Assembly: GCA_964016885.1 (NCBI GenBank)
Contig: OZ024750.1
Span: 2,542,001 to 2,606,000, forward strand
DNA from: Eledone cirrhosa
Lineage: Eukaryota
Direction of reading: 5' to 3'
DNA length: 64,000 nucleotides
Below, one piece after another: positions 12,261 to 26,640 of this stretch. Made by a program: the position numbers and the translations under genes. The notes under the pieces are model-generated. The model was not told where the DNA came from, searched no databases, and was given only the letters and a program-made list of their open reading frames with translations. Positions within the stretch are counted from its first letter, which is position 1. Every line of letters begins with the position of its first letter.

Positions 12261-14624
12261 ATATACACATACATACATATACATTTATACATATGTATAT
12301 ATTTGTATATATGTATATATCTGTCTTTGTTCAAGTGCCATCATTCCTAAGAGGGGATGGCCTTCAGGCCATTTGACCTTGGTGAGGTCATGGGTTGGAC
12401 GGTTTTGTCCCACTTGAGGCAAGATTGGTCAGGAGACCATGTCTCACTCATATAGAACTGTCTCTGGCAGATTTTCTACAGCTATGTGTACTATTAGCAT
12501 GTCACAGACAGTTGGAATGTGACATCAGTACTAAGGGTGTGACATCTTCACAGATGTACAAAGCAACTCCACTATGAGTTCTCTCCCTCCTGTCAGTACA
12601 AAAAACATTATATATATACTGTGACCAATAGTCTCTGAAATAAACACACCACCACAGAATATCTTTAAACAACCAAATATCATAATGAAATATACACCAC
12701 TGTAAAACATACTAGATCTTTTACCTTTGTCACCAGAAGGAAAGCATGCGTGTTCTTTTTACTGAAGAACTATTGACAAGACCCTCACTATAGACTCTTG
12801 TAAATTAAACTATGTATAAAAGTAATTTAACACATTAAGCTAAGATGTTTTTGACTTCAGTTTAGTGACATATTTCTGTATGTTTAAACATTATATATAC
12901 TACTGATAATATTTTATTTGATCTACTTATATCATATTGTTTATGTTGACAGAAATAGGTAGGAATGCCAAAAGGAGTTTATCATACTTTCTCATTCAAC
13001 ATGTGGTGTTTAATATAAGATATATATATATAAGTTCTTGCTCCACTTGTTCAAGCTCCCATGCACATACTTTAATCAGTAAACTGGCAGGTCTACTTAG
13101 CAGAATTCTTTAGTTCAAGCATGTAAAACAGATGGTTGAATGAAATGAAATACTGTATATACCTGTGAATAAGTTGCACCTTTTACATGAAAAAAAATAA
13201 ACAACCTAAAAACGCTGTAAAAACCAGCAACAAATCTATTGGATCTACAAAACCTTATGATCAAGTCAAGTACAGAACTAAGAGTTTAGTATGTAAAATG
13301 AGGGGATAACTTATACATGAGTATATATTATATTTGATTTCTTTTTACTTGGAAGAAACCAGTTCCTACTATTTTATCAACCCTTAAGTTACTATAAAAG
13401 TTATAATGAAGTATCATGTGGTGATGTGTTTGTCACATTTACCCTTGTACTATTTTCAGAATAAAATTAATTGTTATGATTATACTGGGTATACAACACA
13501 TATTGACTTTTTTGTTTTCTGATAAGACACAAGGCTAAATTTTGTTTTATATAACAATGCTTGGTCAAGTAATCTTTTACTTTGTTTCTAATTTACCTTA
13601 AAGAGGAATATCTTCAGGTTTACACATGAAAAGAATAATTTTAATTTATTTTATTGGTATAAATGTTATTGTTTATAAATGGATGGAGCATGAATCAGAA
13701 CTCAGATTTAAATCCTAAACTATAGAAGTCGTGCAAATACTTTACAACCGATTGTGCCAAATTTATAATAAGGGAAATAACTCGTATTAAACTTATAAAA
13801 CCCTATTTGATTTTTCTGAGCATCAGACTAAATGTTTGGTAGTACTTAGTTATGTCCCCTTATATTTGGATTTAAAATTCTATCAAAATTGACTCGCATT
13901 TCATTCTCTCGGAGCCAATAAAAATAATAGCCAAGTACGTAATTTTATTTACATTAATTGTAATTAGTTTACATTATGTTTACATTAATTAATTAGTCAC
14001 AGATTATTAGATGTAAAATGAAGCGTAATAGTTTTATCTGTTCATGGGAAGAGATGATATAATATCACAGGTTAACGTCTATGAGATATATATATAACAG
14101 CTAAAGTTTGGTGTTAATGAAGAAGCCTTTGTTTAGAGAATGTATGAAGATCAACAAGTTGTTGGGGAGCATGTGGATGAGGTGTATGAGGTACAGAGTT
14201 GAAAGATGAGCCTGATAAAACAATATTACCTTATCCCACCTAAAGCATACTCCAAACATACACAAATACAACAATACTATTTAAACATAAGACAATATTT
14301 TATACAATCATGTTCAAATTCTGCTTATCATAATGTTCAATATGCTTTTGTTTCAATATCCATCATGCATGCTTTTAAGTGGATCACATTTTTCAACTCG
14401 CTTCAGTTTATATAATTATAAAATTGAGCCCTGCTCTAATTTTATGAAGAGTAAAGCAGTTGACTGAAGAAACATAAAGAAAGTTTGAAATGAGTACATC
14501 CCAATGCAAATGACCATGATAATAATAATCCCTAAGAAAATCGAGTAAAGTAACTTGGCAACAGAAAACAGTGTACTGAGGTGCTTGTGAGAAATTGAAC
14601 ATCTTGTGATGCATGAAACCTGTC

Positions 14625-14770
14625 ATGTATAGCTGGGTAGTTAAGGACTATATAGTTACAGGTTTGGTCACTGCATGACACCTTGGGTAAATGTCTTATA
14701 CTATAGCTTCATGTTAGACCATTGCCATATGAGTGAAATTTGGTAGATGGAAACTCTGCAGAAGCCCATC
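14625..14770 (+). mobile_element. SINE head fragment (family 3)
   Basis: caccttgggtaaatgtcttatactatagc...gtgaaatttggtagatggaaact is the reverse-complement homolog of ~34945-35060. Confidence 0.7.
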
Positions 14771-14986
14771 ATATATTTATGTGAGTGTGCTTCAGTATGC
14801 ATATGTGTGTGTCTATGTTTAGGTTTACTGTGTATGTGAAATAACTTAGCGATTAAACAAAACAAAATTGATAAATAAAGTAGCAGGCTTGAAAAATAAG
14901 TACTGAGGTTGATATGATTGACTATATCCCTTCGAGAAGGTGCTCCAGAATGGCTGCAAGCTAATGACTGAAATCAGTAGAACAAT

Positions 14987-15018
<32 letters not shown>

Positions 15019-16442
15019 TCTTTTGTAGATGCATACCAGTTATAAATGTAGACATTATTAAGAAATTTTTTTTAATGTGTTTTTGAATAAAAATACCATG
15101 ATAAGTATTTCTTCTGCCCAAGTTGCACAATCCCCTGTCACTGTTGCCATCAGCAATCTATTGAACCAGTAATTGGCAGCAAATCTATAATCAAAGATGA
15201 TATTATTTACCAAATGCAGCAGCATGAAGAGTGAACATCTGCATGCATGGAGAACTGCTGGTTGCCCATGCCCGCGCCTTGGAGAGGAACTTTCTAGGTG
15301 CAGAATCATGGTTTCACAAGACATACAAAGACCCTATATGATTAGGATGTACCTAAATGTATAGATTATTCACAGATATATCTTAAAGTTGGTTGCTCTT
15401 CCAATGTGAGTACTTAGATTTTGCTACATGAACAGAATGTTTCAATACAGGAAAAGTCAAATATCTAGTCAGATTTGAACCAAAAATCTATAAGGAAATA
15501 TTCCAACACCTTATTCATATAGGTAGAGCATCTCGTAATTTGTTATTTATTCCAAGTTTTTGTGGGCTTTCCATAGCAAGGATAAAAGTAGAAACTCGTA
15601 TTGAAAGAAAACTTCAGTATAATGTCAATGACATCAAAAACCACTTTTACATTAAATTTTTTTTTTTAATTCATTTCAAAAGTGTCAATGTAGAACATAA
15701 TTCAATCTAACCTTATAACAAGTCAGATGGAATTTAAGTGAAATTAATGCTGTTTAAATGTCACTAAAAATACCAAACAGTTGGAAAGGAAGAAAACAAG
15801 AGAAAGTTGAAGAAATGTCAAAGACTTAGTTATCTTTATCTAAGTTACTGTCACATGTATTAAGAATTATCACGAGGCTATATAAATGCTTTAACATTGA
15901 GTCATCTGATTAACCTAATCCTTTCTGGTTTTACATCTATTTTCAATGCTGCTATAGCCATAAATAGATTATTTCAGAATTTAGACCATGTATTCATACA
16001 TGTTTTACAACCAGATGCCCTTCCTGGGCACCAACCTTTTTAGATACCTCTTACAATATACAGGGATACACAAAGCCTTTTCTAAAATAGATACTTACAC
16101 TAATCTAAAGTCAGTAATATTAAAAGCAAATATTCTCTACAAAGCATAAATAAAGGGAATTGTTATCATTTATCACCATCATTTCTACATTTTCCTTCCC
16201 ATGCTCATATGGGTTGGACAGATCCTTTACACACAGTATCTCTCCATTTCTTGCTGTCCTTTGTTTTATGGTTCATGCACCTGAAATCAGTTATCTTTAC
16301 TTCAATAGAATTGATAAAAACCTTTGTTAATTTACTGGTGATACAAGTTGTTTCCACTTTATCTAGTAATGATACAAACTTGTGCTGCTAGATTGTCTCA
16401 ACCATCAACAATATACAATGGTGGAAAATATATATATATATA

Positions 16443-16563
16443 TATATTATAAAGAGTTGGGACCCCAATGGCTGAGCTCTTGCCATTTCAACAGCTAGCA
16501 TCTGGAACTAGCTGTTGAAACAGCAAAAGCTCAGTTGTTGAGGTCCAAACTCTTTATAATATA
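16443..16563. repeat. Imperfect fold-back inverted repeat (~56-bp arms), Penelope-like terminal remnant
   Basis: tataaagagttgggacc...ttcaacagctag / ctagctgttgaa...ggtccaaactctttata. A homologous element in the opposite orientation lies at ~55780-55910. Confidence 0.75.
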
Positions 16564-19279
16564 ACTATACTTTACTACCTCAAGTATTGATTACTGTGCT
16601 GAGTAATAGTCTAACCAGTTTCAACTGAATCCATCTTGATTTATATATATGGACCTGTAACTCCCGGTGGAGCATTTTAAAGCTGATAGAGCCCATCCCC
16701 TCTCCAGGTCAGAACACAGTCAATTTCTTCCAGAGAGAAAAAGAGAGCAAGGAAGTGAGGAAGAAATATAGAGAAAGAATCAACCCAGTACTAGACTGGT
16801 ACTTGAAAGGATGAAAGGCTAAGTTGACCTCGACAGGATTTGTATTAACAGAAAGCAGGAATGAATACCACAAAGCATTTTATCCACAGTCTAACAACTT
16901 TGTCAATTCTCTGCCTATAATCCTCTATAGTACGTCTCTATAAATCATAACTACCACATGCTGATTAAGAACTTTGCAGATTCTACTGTTATTGCTTCCA
17001 TATATATGGAAATTAGTGGATTAAAACATGCATTCACTTTCATAGAGTATAACTAACCAGTATATGGCAGATAAGATTGGAGCATGATTATCAATCAAGT
17101 GTGCTGATTTACTCCCAAATATTACAAATTTATTGAACAGAACAGTATTACCTCTAGTTATGTCAGGGCTGTCTACTGCACAAGATAGAAAAGACTATCA
17201 ATACACCACTCTTGCATGTATTTTATATTTCTGTCAGGTTACAGAACCACTTATACAGAGTCAATTGAAGCTACCTAATAACAGATATTTTACAGAATTC
17301 AAAATCTAAGCTAATGTAATACTTTGAGCTACTATATCTTCCAGTCATGATGGAAAAAGCCAAAAATGAGGAGGAGGAATAATATTGAGAGCATTAACAG
17401 AATGGGAGCTTATATGAACATCTGTTTGATTAAAACTTCAAATACATATCCTATTAGCTCATTAATAAGAAGAAATGGGATAGACTGGCAATCATTTTAG
17501 ATATTTACAAATATTAGAAGCTTGCAGTTAGAAAGTTCATGAGCTCAGTTATTCATTTGATATTACATTTAAGTAATCATCAACCTAAATTTATATGATG
17601 ATTATAATAAGCCCATATCAATATATAAGCTATAGCAGTATAGAAATATATGAGAAAGGACAAACTAATCTGATGGCATCAGTGTATTATAAAAAGGTAT
17701 TGAGGTTGTCATAAGAGATTATTTACTATCAAATATAACACTATCAGTATAAAAATATGAAGTAATTTATTCCTTACACAAATTTAACCTGTTTAATCAT
17801 GATAAATAACAAAAATGACAAAATATCTTGGTGCCATTATGTACAATTGAAACTTACTATCAAAAATACATTGTACTTGATTTTAAGCATCACAAGATCT
17901 TACAAGAAAATGTTTAACAATCACAAAGTGATGGCAGGTGGATGACAAAATATCTTCAGCTATTTCATTACATTCCTTTATGGTCTGAGGTTAAATCCAG
18001 CTCAAGTCCACTTTGCCTTTCATCCTTTTAAGATAGATGAAATAAATATCAGTTGATAAAGCAGTGCAATTGTTTGTACTTGAGTATAACCTATAAAGTG
18101 GTGTCCCAGCATGGCTACAGTCAAATTATTAAAGTCCGTAAAAGAGAAGACAATATCGCAATCTGTATTTTTCCTCAATGTTAAAAGCAATCTTCTCTAA
18201 TGCTACCCTAACCCACTCCTGCAATATTTACTTCAAGCAAAAGAAATAATGTTGTCATGACTTCACCTTGGAATGCTGTTTCCATATCTGGAATAACTGT
18301 CTACCTGAATCACCTACATCAATGAGTATATCATCATAAACTCCCACCAGTCGATCATTGAGCTTGTACAATTGCTACAACACCGACTATTGTAATACTT
18401 CATCTATAACATCTCTATTTCCCCAGCTTTTCTTTCCATTGACACCTACACTGTCATGAGCTGTGTTCTTTTCCCTCAAGCTAATAAACAAAGCAAAAAT
18501 GATAGCATTCATGCAGCATCATCAATAACCTTGCTTTGCAATTTAGTGCTAATAATAGTAGATTGTAAAATGTCTTAATGTTATACGCTTCTATGGAAAC
18601 AAATGTTTTATTTAATTCATTTTTATGATTTTAATGCCTTCAAAAATACCACTTCCCTTTCTTTAACAGACCAATATTACAGATAGCCTCAGTGTTTCCC
18701 ACTAATTGAGTCTGTTCCCCTCATATTTTAGCAAAACATCAGAATAAACTGAACTTTAAAGCATTCTCAGCTTCTGTAACTAATTAAAAGCCTCATCATT
18801 CAGTTAATAAAGTCTTAACATATTTCTGCAGAGATAACACCATAATGAATGGTTGATGTTGGAGTATGGTTAATACAAACATGACATTCAACCAATAAAC
18901 TCAGATCATTTTAAAGAACATTTTTGTAATTTATAAGTTCACAGTTATATTAAACTTACTAACCTATAGATTGAACAGCAAAATATGTAGATATAAAAAC
19001 TATAAAAATTATAGGACCTGCTGGTACTAAAGTCCACATTTTCTTGCTGATGTCTAAAGTAATTAACACTAAATTATGTATTTCCAACAAAACTCATTTT
19101 GTCATTTTTAATACCTTTATATAACTACAGGTAATATATTTTTAGCATTTTAATCGAAACATGTTCATTTTGTGCCTCTCCTATGTACTTTGAATATGAT
19201 GAAATTAGTGCATTTTACTGCATTTTTTGTATATTTGAGTGTATTTTATACGTTTATGGGGCATTTTGAAAATACCTCA

Positions 19280-19570
19280 TGGTCTGACAACCATGCCCTG
19301 CATATTTATGGGCTGCCCTTTGGCAAGGCAGAGCACCTGTTCAGCCCCCCAGCCAGGGATATGGAACAGTCATAGGACAGCAACATGGTGTATTGTGAAG
19401 AGGCAGCAGAAGAGCTCAACAGAGCCAATAATGGTGCTTCTGACATTGATGCTGAGTGAAGAGATCCTAAAAGATCAACAAATAGGATCACCAAGCTCTA
19501 TCAAGAGAGTTAGTGAAAAACGCATCCACAAGGGTGGCACCCATGGTTGTGTAATCAGCTAATGAAAGGT
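19280..19570 (+). mobile_element. Probable LINE/SINE-derived GC-richer fragment
   Basis: GC-rich island with no splice or coding support. Resemblance to an RTE 5' region is from memory only. Confidence 0.35.
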
Positions 19571-22239
19571 TCTCTGAATCCAGGCAAGCAGTGTAATCTA
19601 TGGATCTCAACATATATTTGCAGTTATTTCATGTTACACTTGCTGTGTCTCAGTTTGTTTTAATAGCAAATTTTGTGAAGAAATAGTGTTCATCATAAAG
19701 ATTTACACATTGTGAATAACAAATCAAACACAAAATAGAAAGATTAGAGTTCAACTTGAAATGACATGGATATACTAAACTAGTATAAGCTTCAAAGGTA
19801 GCAAACATCTAGAGACTTATATTTTTTCAACACCCCCAATATACAAATAAATCAAACTGTGTTAAAATATAAATCTTTACGTTAATAGTAAGCAATTGCA
19901 GAATATATTTGACAAAAATATAATTTTGAGAATAGAAAGAAGTTTTCTAAAGATAAACAATATAGTTATATTTTGAAATATCATCATCAATTACATCACT
20001 GTAAAAAATTTCAGAAAGAAATTTTTTATTTATAAGAGGAAAATGGAAAGAAAAATTGAAAACAATATTAAGCATATGAAAAAGAAACTTTCTGCCATTG
20101 CAAAAGTATGCATAGACTTGCCAAGTCTTTTCATTATGTAATTTAAATCATGTCTTCTTTGCAGTTTGGATTTATGTTGCTATCTGAATTTTTTCATAAT
20201 TTTTTTCTTCATTTTCAATTTTTGCTTTCCTTTTATCCAATTTTTACTAAATTCGCTCATAACCAAAGTTGTCCTTAGACTTTTCAGCACAGAACCAATT
20301 CCATGATAAAATAGATTTTAAAACACAGAGATTAAAAATGAAACGCACACAGCTGCACATAATAGTGTAACTGTGAGTGTTTTGGTGAATGAAAAGTGCA
20401 AAATGGAAAAGAATTTCCAAACTTTGAGCCATGCTTCCATTTTTTAAAGTGTAAATCAAAATTCTTGCTAAAATGACTAATTCTGCAGCAGGTGATATGG
20501 CTGAAGCAGGAAACTGAGATATAAAAGATGTTTTGCAAAGACAAATGAAAACTAAGGGTAACAGTAAAAATCACTGAGTGAACCAGAAACTATTGACATT
20601 TCTTTGTACTAAGTACCTTTTCTTTTGTTTTTAGGTAAGCATAATGCATACAACTACACAATGTGGGATTTATTGATTCTTATAACAATTAATTTTATTT
20701 TTTCACCCTCGTCCATTTACCAATGATTAGATGTGAATATTTTCTTGGTAGACATGCATCTACAGAAACAGACAAAGGACAAATGTTTAGGCTGAAAGGC
20801 GTACCACTGAAATTGTGTATAGTGTGACTAATACATGTTGATAGAATTTCATACCTTTGACTGGTTCTAAATAAGCATAGAAAGAAAAGAAATAGAAAAG
20901 TATTTTAAGTTACATGGGAATATAGAACTGTAGCTATCAAATAAACAGATATCAATATTTATAGAAAGAAAGATCCAGTTGGTCTCAAAGGATAGATCAT
21001 AATCAATATGACCAAGAGAAAATCAATAAAGACTGTATTGCTGTGCTTAAAACAACAACAAAAATTACACTTCTTTCACTAATATTTTGTTCACATATAT
21101 TACAAGTTTCATACATATTACAAGTTTCTTCCAAGTAAATAAAGATTTTTGATAAATAATTTCTTACAGTGATTCTATATTTAATAAATTAGTGGATAAT
21201 TATTCTGCTTTGTCAAGGATTACATTAAAGATATTCTCTTAAGCTTTTCGCAGAAATCAATGATTTAATATAAACATCATTAATTCCTGCAATAGGCTGA
21301 AATTTATTAGCACTTTAAACATAACATACTTTAATCTTATCTTAGTTACTCAGTCTTCTTCAAACCTAGCCCCCTCTCCTGCTAGCTAAAATACTGCCAC
21401 CCCTTTTTCATCAGATATTCAGCCCTCCACAGTTATGGGAAGTAACCCTGTCTTCACAGATATAAGAGCTTTACCTCCTAGGTAATCTACATGGTCTGTA
21501 GTTTGAGAAAGTTGGAGCAGAATGTCAACATTTCATAATTATTTCATAGCCTCTTTATTACATGTCCAAACCATACATTAATACTCTAATTGAAAATGAT
21601 TTTACTTAATGAACATAGTTAAATTATAAAATTGTTTGTGTGTGTGTGTATATATATATATAAAGAAATATGAAGACTACACATATATACATATATATAT
21701 ATATATACATACACACATGCATGTACGGATAGATATATAAAGAAATATGAAGACTATATATATATATACACACAGAAAGAGAGCGGTGGGAAAGAGGGGC
21801 TAGGAAATCCCAGTGAAGGAAGCCACAGTAGAGGAAGACCAAAGAAGAGCTGGGCAGAGGTGATGAGAGATTACCTCAAGTAGCTAGATGAGAAGCTGGA
21901 TGACAGGTAGACTTAAACCAGATGCAACAGAAAGTATGGGGTTTGCTAGTATTCTCTGACATGAGAGTTAGGGGTGTGAGGGGTTCTGGATTGCAAGAAA
22001 ATGGCTGTGCTTCTTATGCAGAAAAAGGTAGGTAAAAATTCATGAGATATACCCAGTATATAATGGATGCACAATAAGTATAGTGGGATTATAAGCAGGC
22101 TGACAAAGAAGATAAACTTCATTTATGGCAGATGCACAGTAGTTAGCAGTAAAAATACATCTGAAATGAATTACCCAAAACATTTGGAAGGCTCATTAGA
22201 AGGTTTTGCTTCTGAGGTAACTTAATTAGCTGAGACAGT

Positions 22240-22660
22240 GGATGTACTGAACATATAATACTCAAAGTTAAAACAAAGTAGAAAAGGTTTAGAGAATTGT
22301 TACCTCTACTGGCAACAAAGGAATTACTCTAAGAGTGAAAGGAAGATTATATGATGTCTGTAAGAAGTGTAATGCTACATGGTAGTGAAATGAGTGTCTT
22401 GAATGTAGAAGATCTGTAACAGTTTGAAAGAAATGAAGCAAACATACTCCATGTAACATTGGAGAACAAATGAGCTGAGGGAGAAGTTGAATATAAGAGA
22501 AATCAGATGTAACAATCAAGAGAAATGACTGCACTAGTATGGGCTTGAGAGGCATATGGTATATGGAGGATACCAAGTGCTTGAAGTGGATGGAAAAGAA
22601 AGACAAATGAAGGCTGAATCTCACAAAAGAGATGATACAAAACCACAATGACTGGCAACA
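22240..22660 (+). mobile_element. Highly decayed RTE LINE 3' fragment
   Basis: tttagagaattgttacctctactggcaacaaa...ttatatgatgtctgt...atgctacatggtagtgaaa aligns with 11990-12110. Confidence 0.8.
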
Positions 22661-24299
22661 TGTTGGAGAAGACCTGCCCACCAGTGCAATCATAACAAAA
22701 CAGTCATTAAAATAAAAGTGGAGGAGATGAAGGATGGGACATATGATACACAATCAAGCCTCTTCCCCAGGATATTCTTGCCCTATGCACTACCCCTCAT
22801 CTATCACCCTTTATTTCCCATTGCTCCAGTCCACTCAGCTGGTAAAAATGAGTTATACCTGTAGTTAAGGAGCCAGTATTCTCACACAATGTGTCATGCT
22901 GAGAAGTACTACATTAAGGGTGGGCATGTCTATTGAATGCTCAGCCATTCACACATTATTTCACAAGTTCCATTTATTGAATCAAATGGAACATTGATCC
23001 TCAGAAATATGCGAGGTCCAAAAGCCAACACATTAGTTTCACTTCACTTTTATAGTTCCATTGAGACTAATAATGTCTACAGTACTGTGCCTCCTCCGCT
23101 CCATTTTACCACTGAAGTGAATGGCAAGCTTGTACTGTCATTGGAGATAACTCTGATTAGCTAAGTGAATGACTAATGTAAGAGCAGCACAAGCTACAAC
23201 TTTCTCTATATTCATTCAATTAATTGTTTTTGCTATTTCCTTTGATATCTGTAGTTGGTCCATTATTAGATTCAACAAACTCTCATTAACACCTTTTATA
23301 GTTCTTTATTTTCATTATCATTGAAGAAAATTGCATCTTTATCATTTATAAATACAACTATCAAATGATATGATTTATCCTGACATACAGTCTAAACATT
23401 TCACATACAATTCCTCTCACCAAAACATTCAACATAGTAACTTCTACTTTGCCAATTTAGCTCTCCATCTCATTCCACTTTTGACAAGGTTTCTACAGAT
23501 GGATGCTCTTCCTAACACCAACCACTTTACAGCATGTACTCGATGATTTTATAATGGCACCAGCACTAGAGATGCTGACTGATCATCCTCAGTAAGACTA
23601 AAGGGTTATCTCTAATATGCATGGTCTCCATTCATTCATCAACCACTTTATACAGTGTACTTTAAATATTCCTATAGAACAACCTAACTAGTTCTAAGAT
23701 TGAACTAAATAACAGTTAAGAGGGTAGTGGAATAGATTAGGAGATAAGGAAGCTACATATGAAGTAAAAGAAAAAAATCCAATGTTTGAAACTAAAAGAA
23801 TGAAAAACAAAATATTTTTAATTGTGAATTAATGTATTAAGGAGTATGAAGATGTCAATAGAAGTGTGTTTGGATAGAACCAATGACAATGGAACAAAGA
23901 TAAAACAGTGAAATGTCATTTAGAAAGATTGTTGAATCAAGATTAGGAATAAAACAATAGATCAACTGCGTAAAAGGTGATGGAAACAGTTCAGAATATA
24001 TAGATAAGAAGGTCCCTTAAGAGCAGTTATTGATATACTGAAAACATCATGTTAGGAGAAAAAAGAGTTACTTAATTAATTAATTAAGGAGATATTAGTT
24101 CAATATCTGCAAGACAACAATTTACACTAACTTCAGGAAACAGGCCAACTACCTCATCATCCTCTAATTCAATGAATATATCCAAGCTAGATAAACTTCA
24201 GACTCACAATGAAGTGAAATAGACAGATGCTTATAAATACTAATTCTACTCCCAGTGAAAAATGTACTCAACATTGATTAGTGATTAGTGATACCAACT

Positions 24300-24670
24300 A
24301 GACAAACTAAGAAGGAATGTGTGGAAGATGAAATATCTCTTGATCAAATATAGGTTCAAAGAAGTATTAGGGGTCATATATGTCAAGGAGGAGAGAAAAG
24401 AGAACCCTGTAACAGAGGACAACTGAGAGTTTCTACAAAGTTTTCTGGAAAATTCTAATAGATAAATATATCAAAGAATTATAGAAGAAATTCGAAAAGT
24501 GGAAGTAAAACCTGAAATCAAGACGTTTGGGCCAGAACTGTTTCATTTGTATGAAATCATCAGGATTGTCCTAATTTCATATGAATAAAACAGTTCTATT
24601 CTTAATAAATATGTCTATACTCTACCAATGGACTACCTTTGTAACTGTGGTTACCCCCTGACACAACTCA
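24300..24670. mobile_element. Penelope-like terminal-repeat remnant with short fold-back and degenerate hammerhead core
   Basis: Inverted repeat agaactgtttcatttgtatgaaat / atttcatatgaataaaacagttct. The minus strand reads CTGATGA-tttcatacaaat-GAAAC. The right part is homologous to 34820-34930. Confidence 0.5.
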
Positions 24671-24684
24671 AGAATCTACATATA

Positions 24685-25000
24685 ATATATGTGTGTGTAA
24701 GTATGCATACGTAGACACACATATATACACACACACACATATATATACACACATATATATACACACATACATATATATATACACACATACATATATATAC
24801 ACACACATACATATATATACACACACATACATATATATACACATATATATATACACACATACATATATATATATACACACATACATATATATATACACAC
24901 ATATATATATACACATACACACATATATATACACATACACACATATATATATACACATACACACATATATATACACATACACACATATATATATACACAT

Positions 25001-25042
<42 letters not shown>

Positions 25043-25290
25043 ACATATATATACACACATACATATATATATACACATATATATATATATACATACATAC
25101 ACACACACATATATATATACACACACACATACATATACATATATATATATACACACACATACATATATATATTCAGTATTTATACTTTGAGCTTGTTAAT
25201 TACAGGGTATCATTATGAGTTAGTAACTCTGTATTTTATTTGTATATATATATATATATATGTATATATATGTATATATATATATATGTA
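24685..25290. repeat. Compound (CA/TA)n microsatellite
   Basis: Read directly. Confidence 0.97.
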
Positions 25291-25311
25291 TGGGTTATAT
25301 CGAATAATAAT

Positions 25312-25500
25312 AATTGTTTCTACTTTAGGCACAAGGCCAGCAATTACCCAGCACATTACTGGTACTTTATTTTATCGACCCCGTAAGGATGAAAGGCAAA
25401 GTTAACCTCGGCGGGATTTGAACTCAGATCATAAAGGGACGTAACTCTATGCTTCAAAGCATGGTGTCCGACTCTCTACCGATACTGCCAATCCACCAAT
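25312..25500 (-). mobile_element. SINE family 1, deletion subvariant
   Basis: Close match to 62940-63127 and 63140-63320. Confidence 0.9.
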
Positions 25501-25594
25501 AATACTTTATTCGTTTGCAAGCAAACAGCCCAACAAAACTATGTTTTGCCTTCATGACCAATCATCATCTGTTTGTTCAACAGTAGCATCAAGG

Positions 25595-25639
25595 AACAAT
25601 CAACATGTTTCTGGGTCATTACTCTTCATCAGGACTGTT
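25595..25639 (-). ncRNA. Minimal type I hammerhead ribozyme motif
   Basis: Minus strand AACAGUC-CUGAUGA-AGAGUAAUGACCCA-GAAA-CAUG-UU-GAUUGUU. Stem I is 7 bp (one G-U), stem III is the palindrome AACAUGUU, and the site is GUU. Confidence 0.75.
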
Positions 25640-25735
25640 TACCTCTATGCCAATCTGTTGAATGGTTGAAAATATATAGTACTTTCTAAAGTATACATCC
25701 CCCGATTAGCCTCATTTAGCAATTTTTTAATTATT

Positions 25736-25770
<35 letters not shown>

Positions 25771-26373
25771 GTCTTTAAAATTTACACACACATAAACACA
25801 ATACATTTCCTATATCAATGATGTTGCTGCAATAAGAAATTCCCTTTACAATAAGTTCCTGGGTTGTAACTCAACATTTGTCTCCAAAGTTACTTATTTA
25901 ATCCTGTATGTCATTTATACATACATGCTGAACAAATGTATTGAACTATACAAAATATGAAACACTGATACGGAAATAAGAAAAATCCTTAATATAAACT
26001 ATATAAACTAGAAGTTAGTCATGTTTTCAAGGGTTTGTTTATAAAAAACTGTTTCATTGGCTTGGCTACAGCCGAAGCTTCGATTTTACTAAACTTCCAT
26101 TTGTGTATATATATATATATATATATATATGTTTGAATATGTATAATAAAGCCAAAACAATGCAGGTATGGACATAGAAAAAAGAATGCAATTGCAAAAG
26201 ATATTGTTGACAAATCGTCTTTTACCTTAGATTTATTTAAATGTCCATAATTTTCGAGATAATATCTCTTCTTCAGAGGAAAATAAAGGTCTCAAACCAG
26301 CCTTCTAAATATCTTGCCAAGCCATGATATATGTATATATATATATATATATATGTGAAAAAATGGGGAGAAG

Positions 26374-26410
<37 letters not shown>

Positions 26411-26522
26411 TAAAAGGAATTCCAACTTTGTCTGATTTACTCGTTTTATTTACAATCCTTTAAAATTTTTAATGGTATTAGAATGAAATAGTATGGTAGA
26501 ATATTAAATGTTAAGTGTTAAT

Positions 26523-26561
26523 TGAACAAGTACTTTCATGCTTTCGCAATCTTCAGGTTCA
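26523..26561 (-). ncRNA. Minimal hammerhead ribozyme motif (left arm copy)
   Basis: Reverse complement of 26602-26640. Confidence 0.75.
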
Positions 26562-26601
26562 TAATGTGTGGTGACAGTCAAGTTTGCAATTTTCAACATT
26601 A

Positions 26602-26640
26602 TGAACCTGAAGATTGCGAAAGCATGAAAGTACTTGTTCA
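26602..26640 (+). ncRNA. Minimal hammerhead ribozyme motif (right arm copy)
   Basis: UGAAC-CUGAAGA-U-UGC-GAAA-GCA-U-GAAA-GUAC-UU-GUUCA. Stem I is 5 bp, stem II has a GAAA tetraloop, stem III is the palindrome AAGUACUU, and the site is CUU. Confidence 0.75.

Noticed and set aside
12725-12769. Possible 45-nt phase-0 cassette exon (FFSKKNTHAFLLVTK) on the minus strand
   Set aside because: The polypyrimidine tract is weak and there is no homology, so it is compatible with chance AG/GT sites.
22289-22753. 154-aa minus-strand ORF and the 62024-62377 ORF
   Set aside because: Both are antisense frames of decayed RTE LINE fragments.
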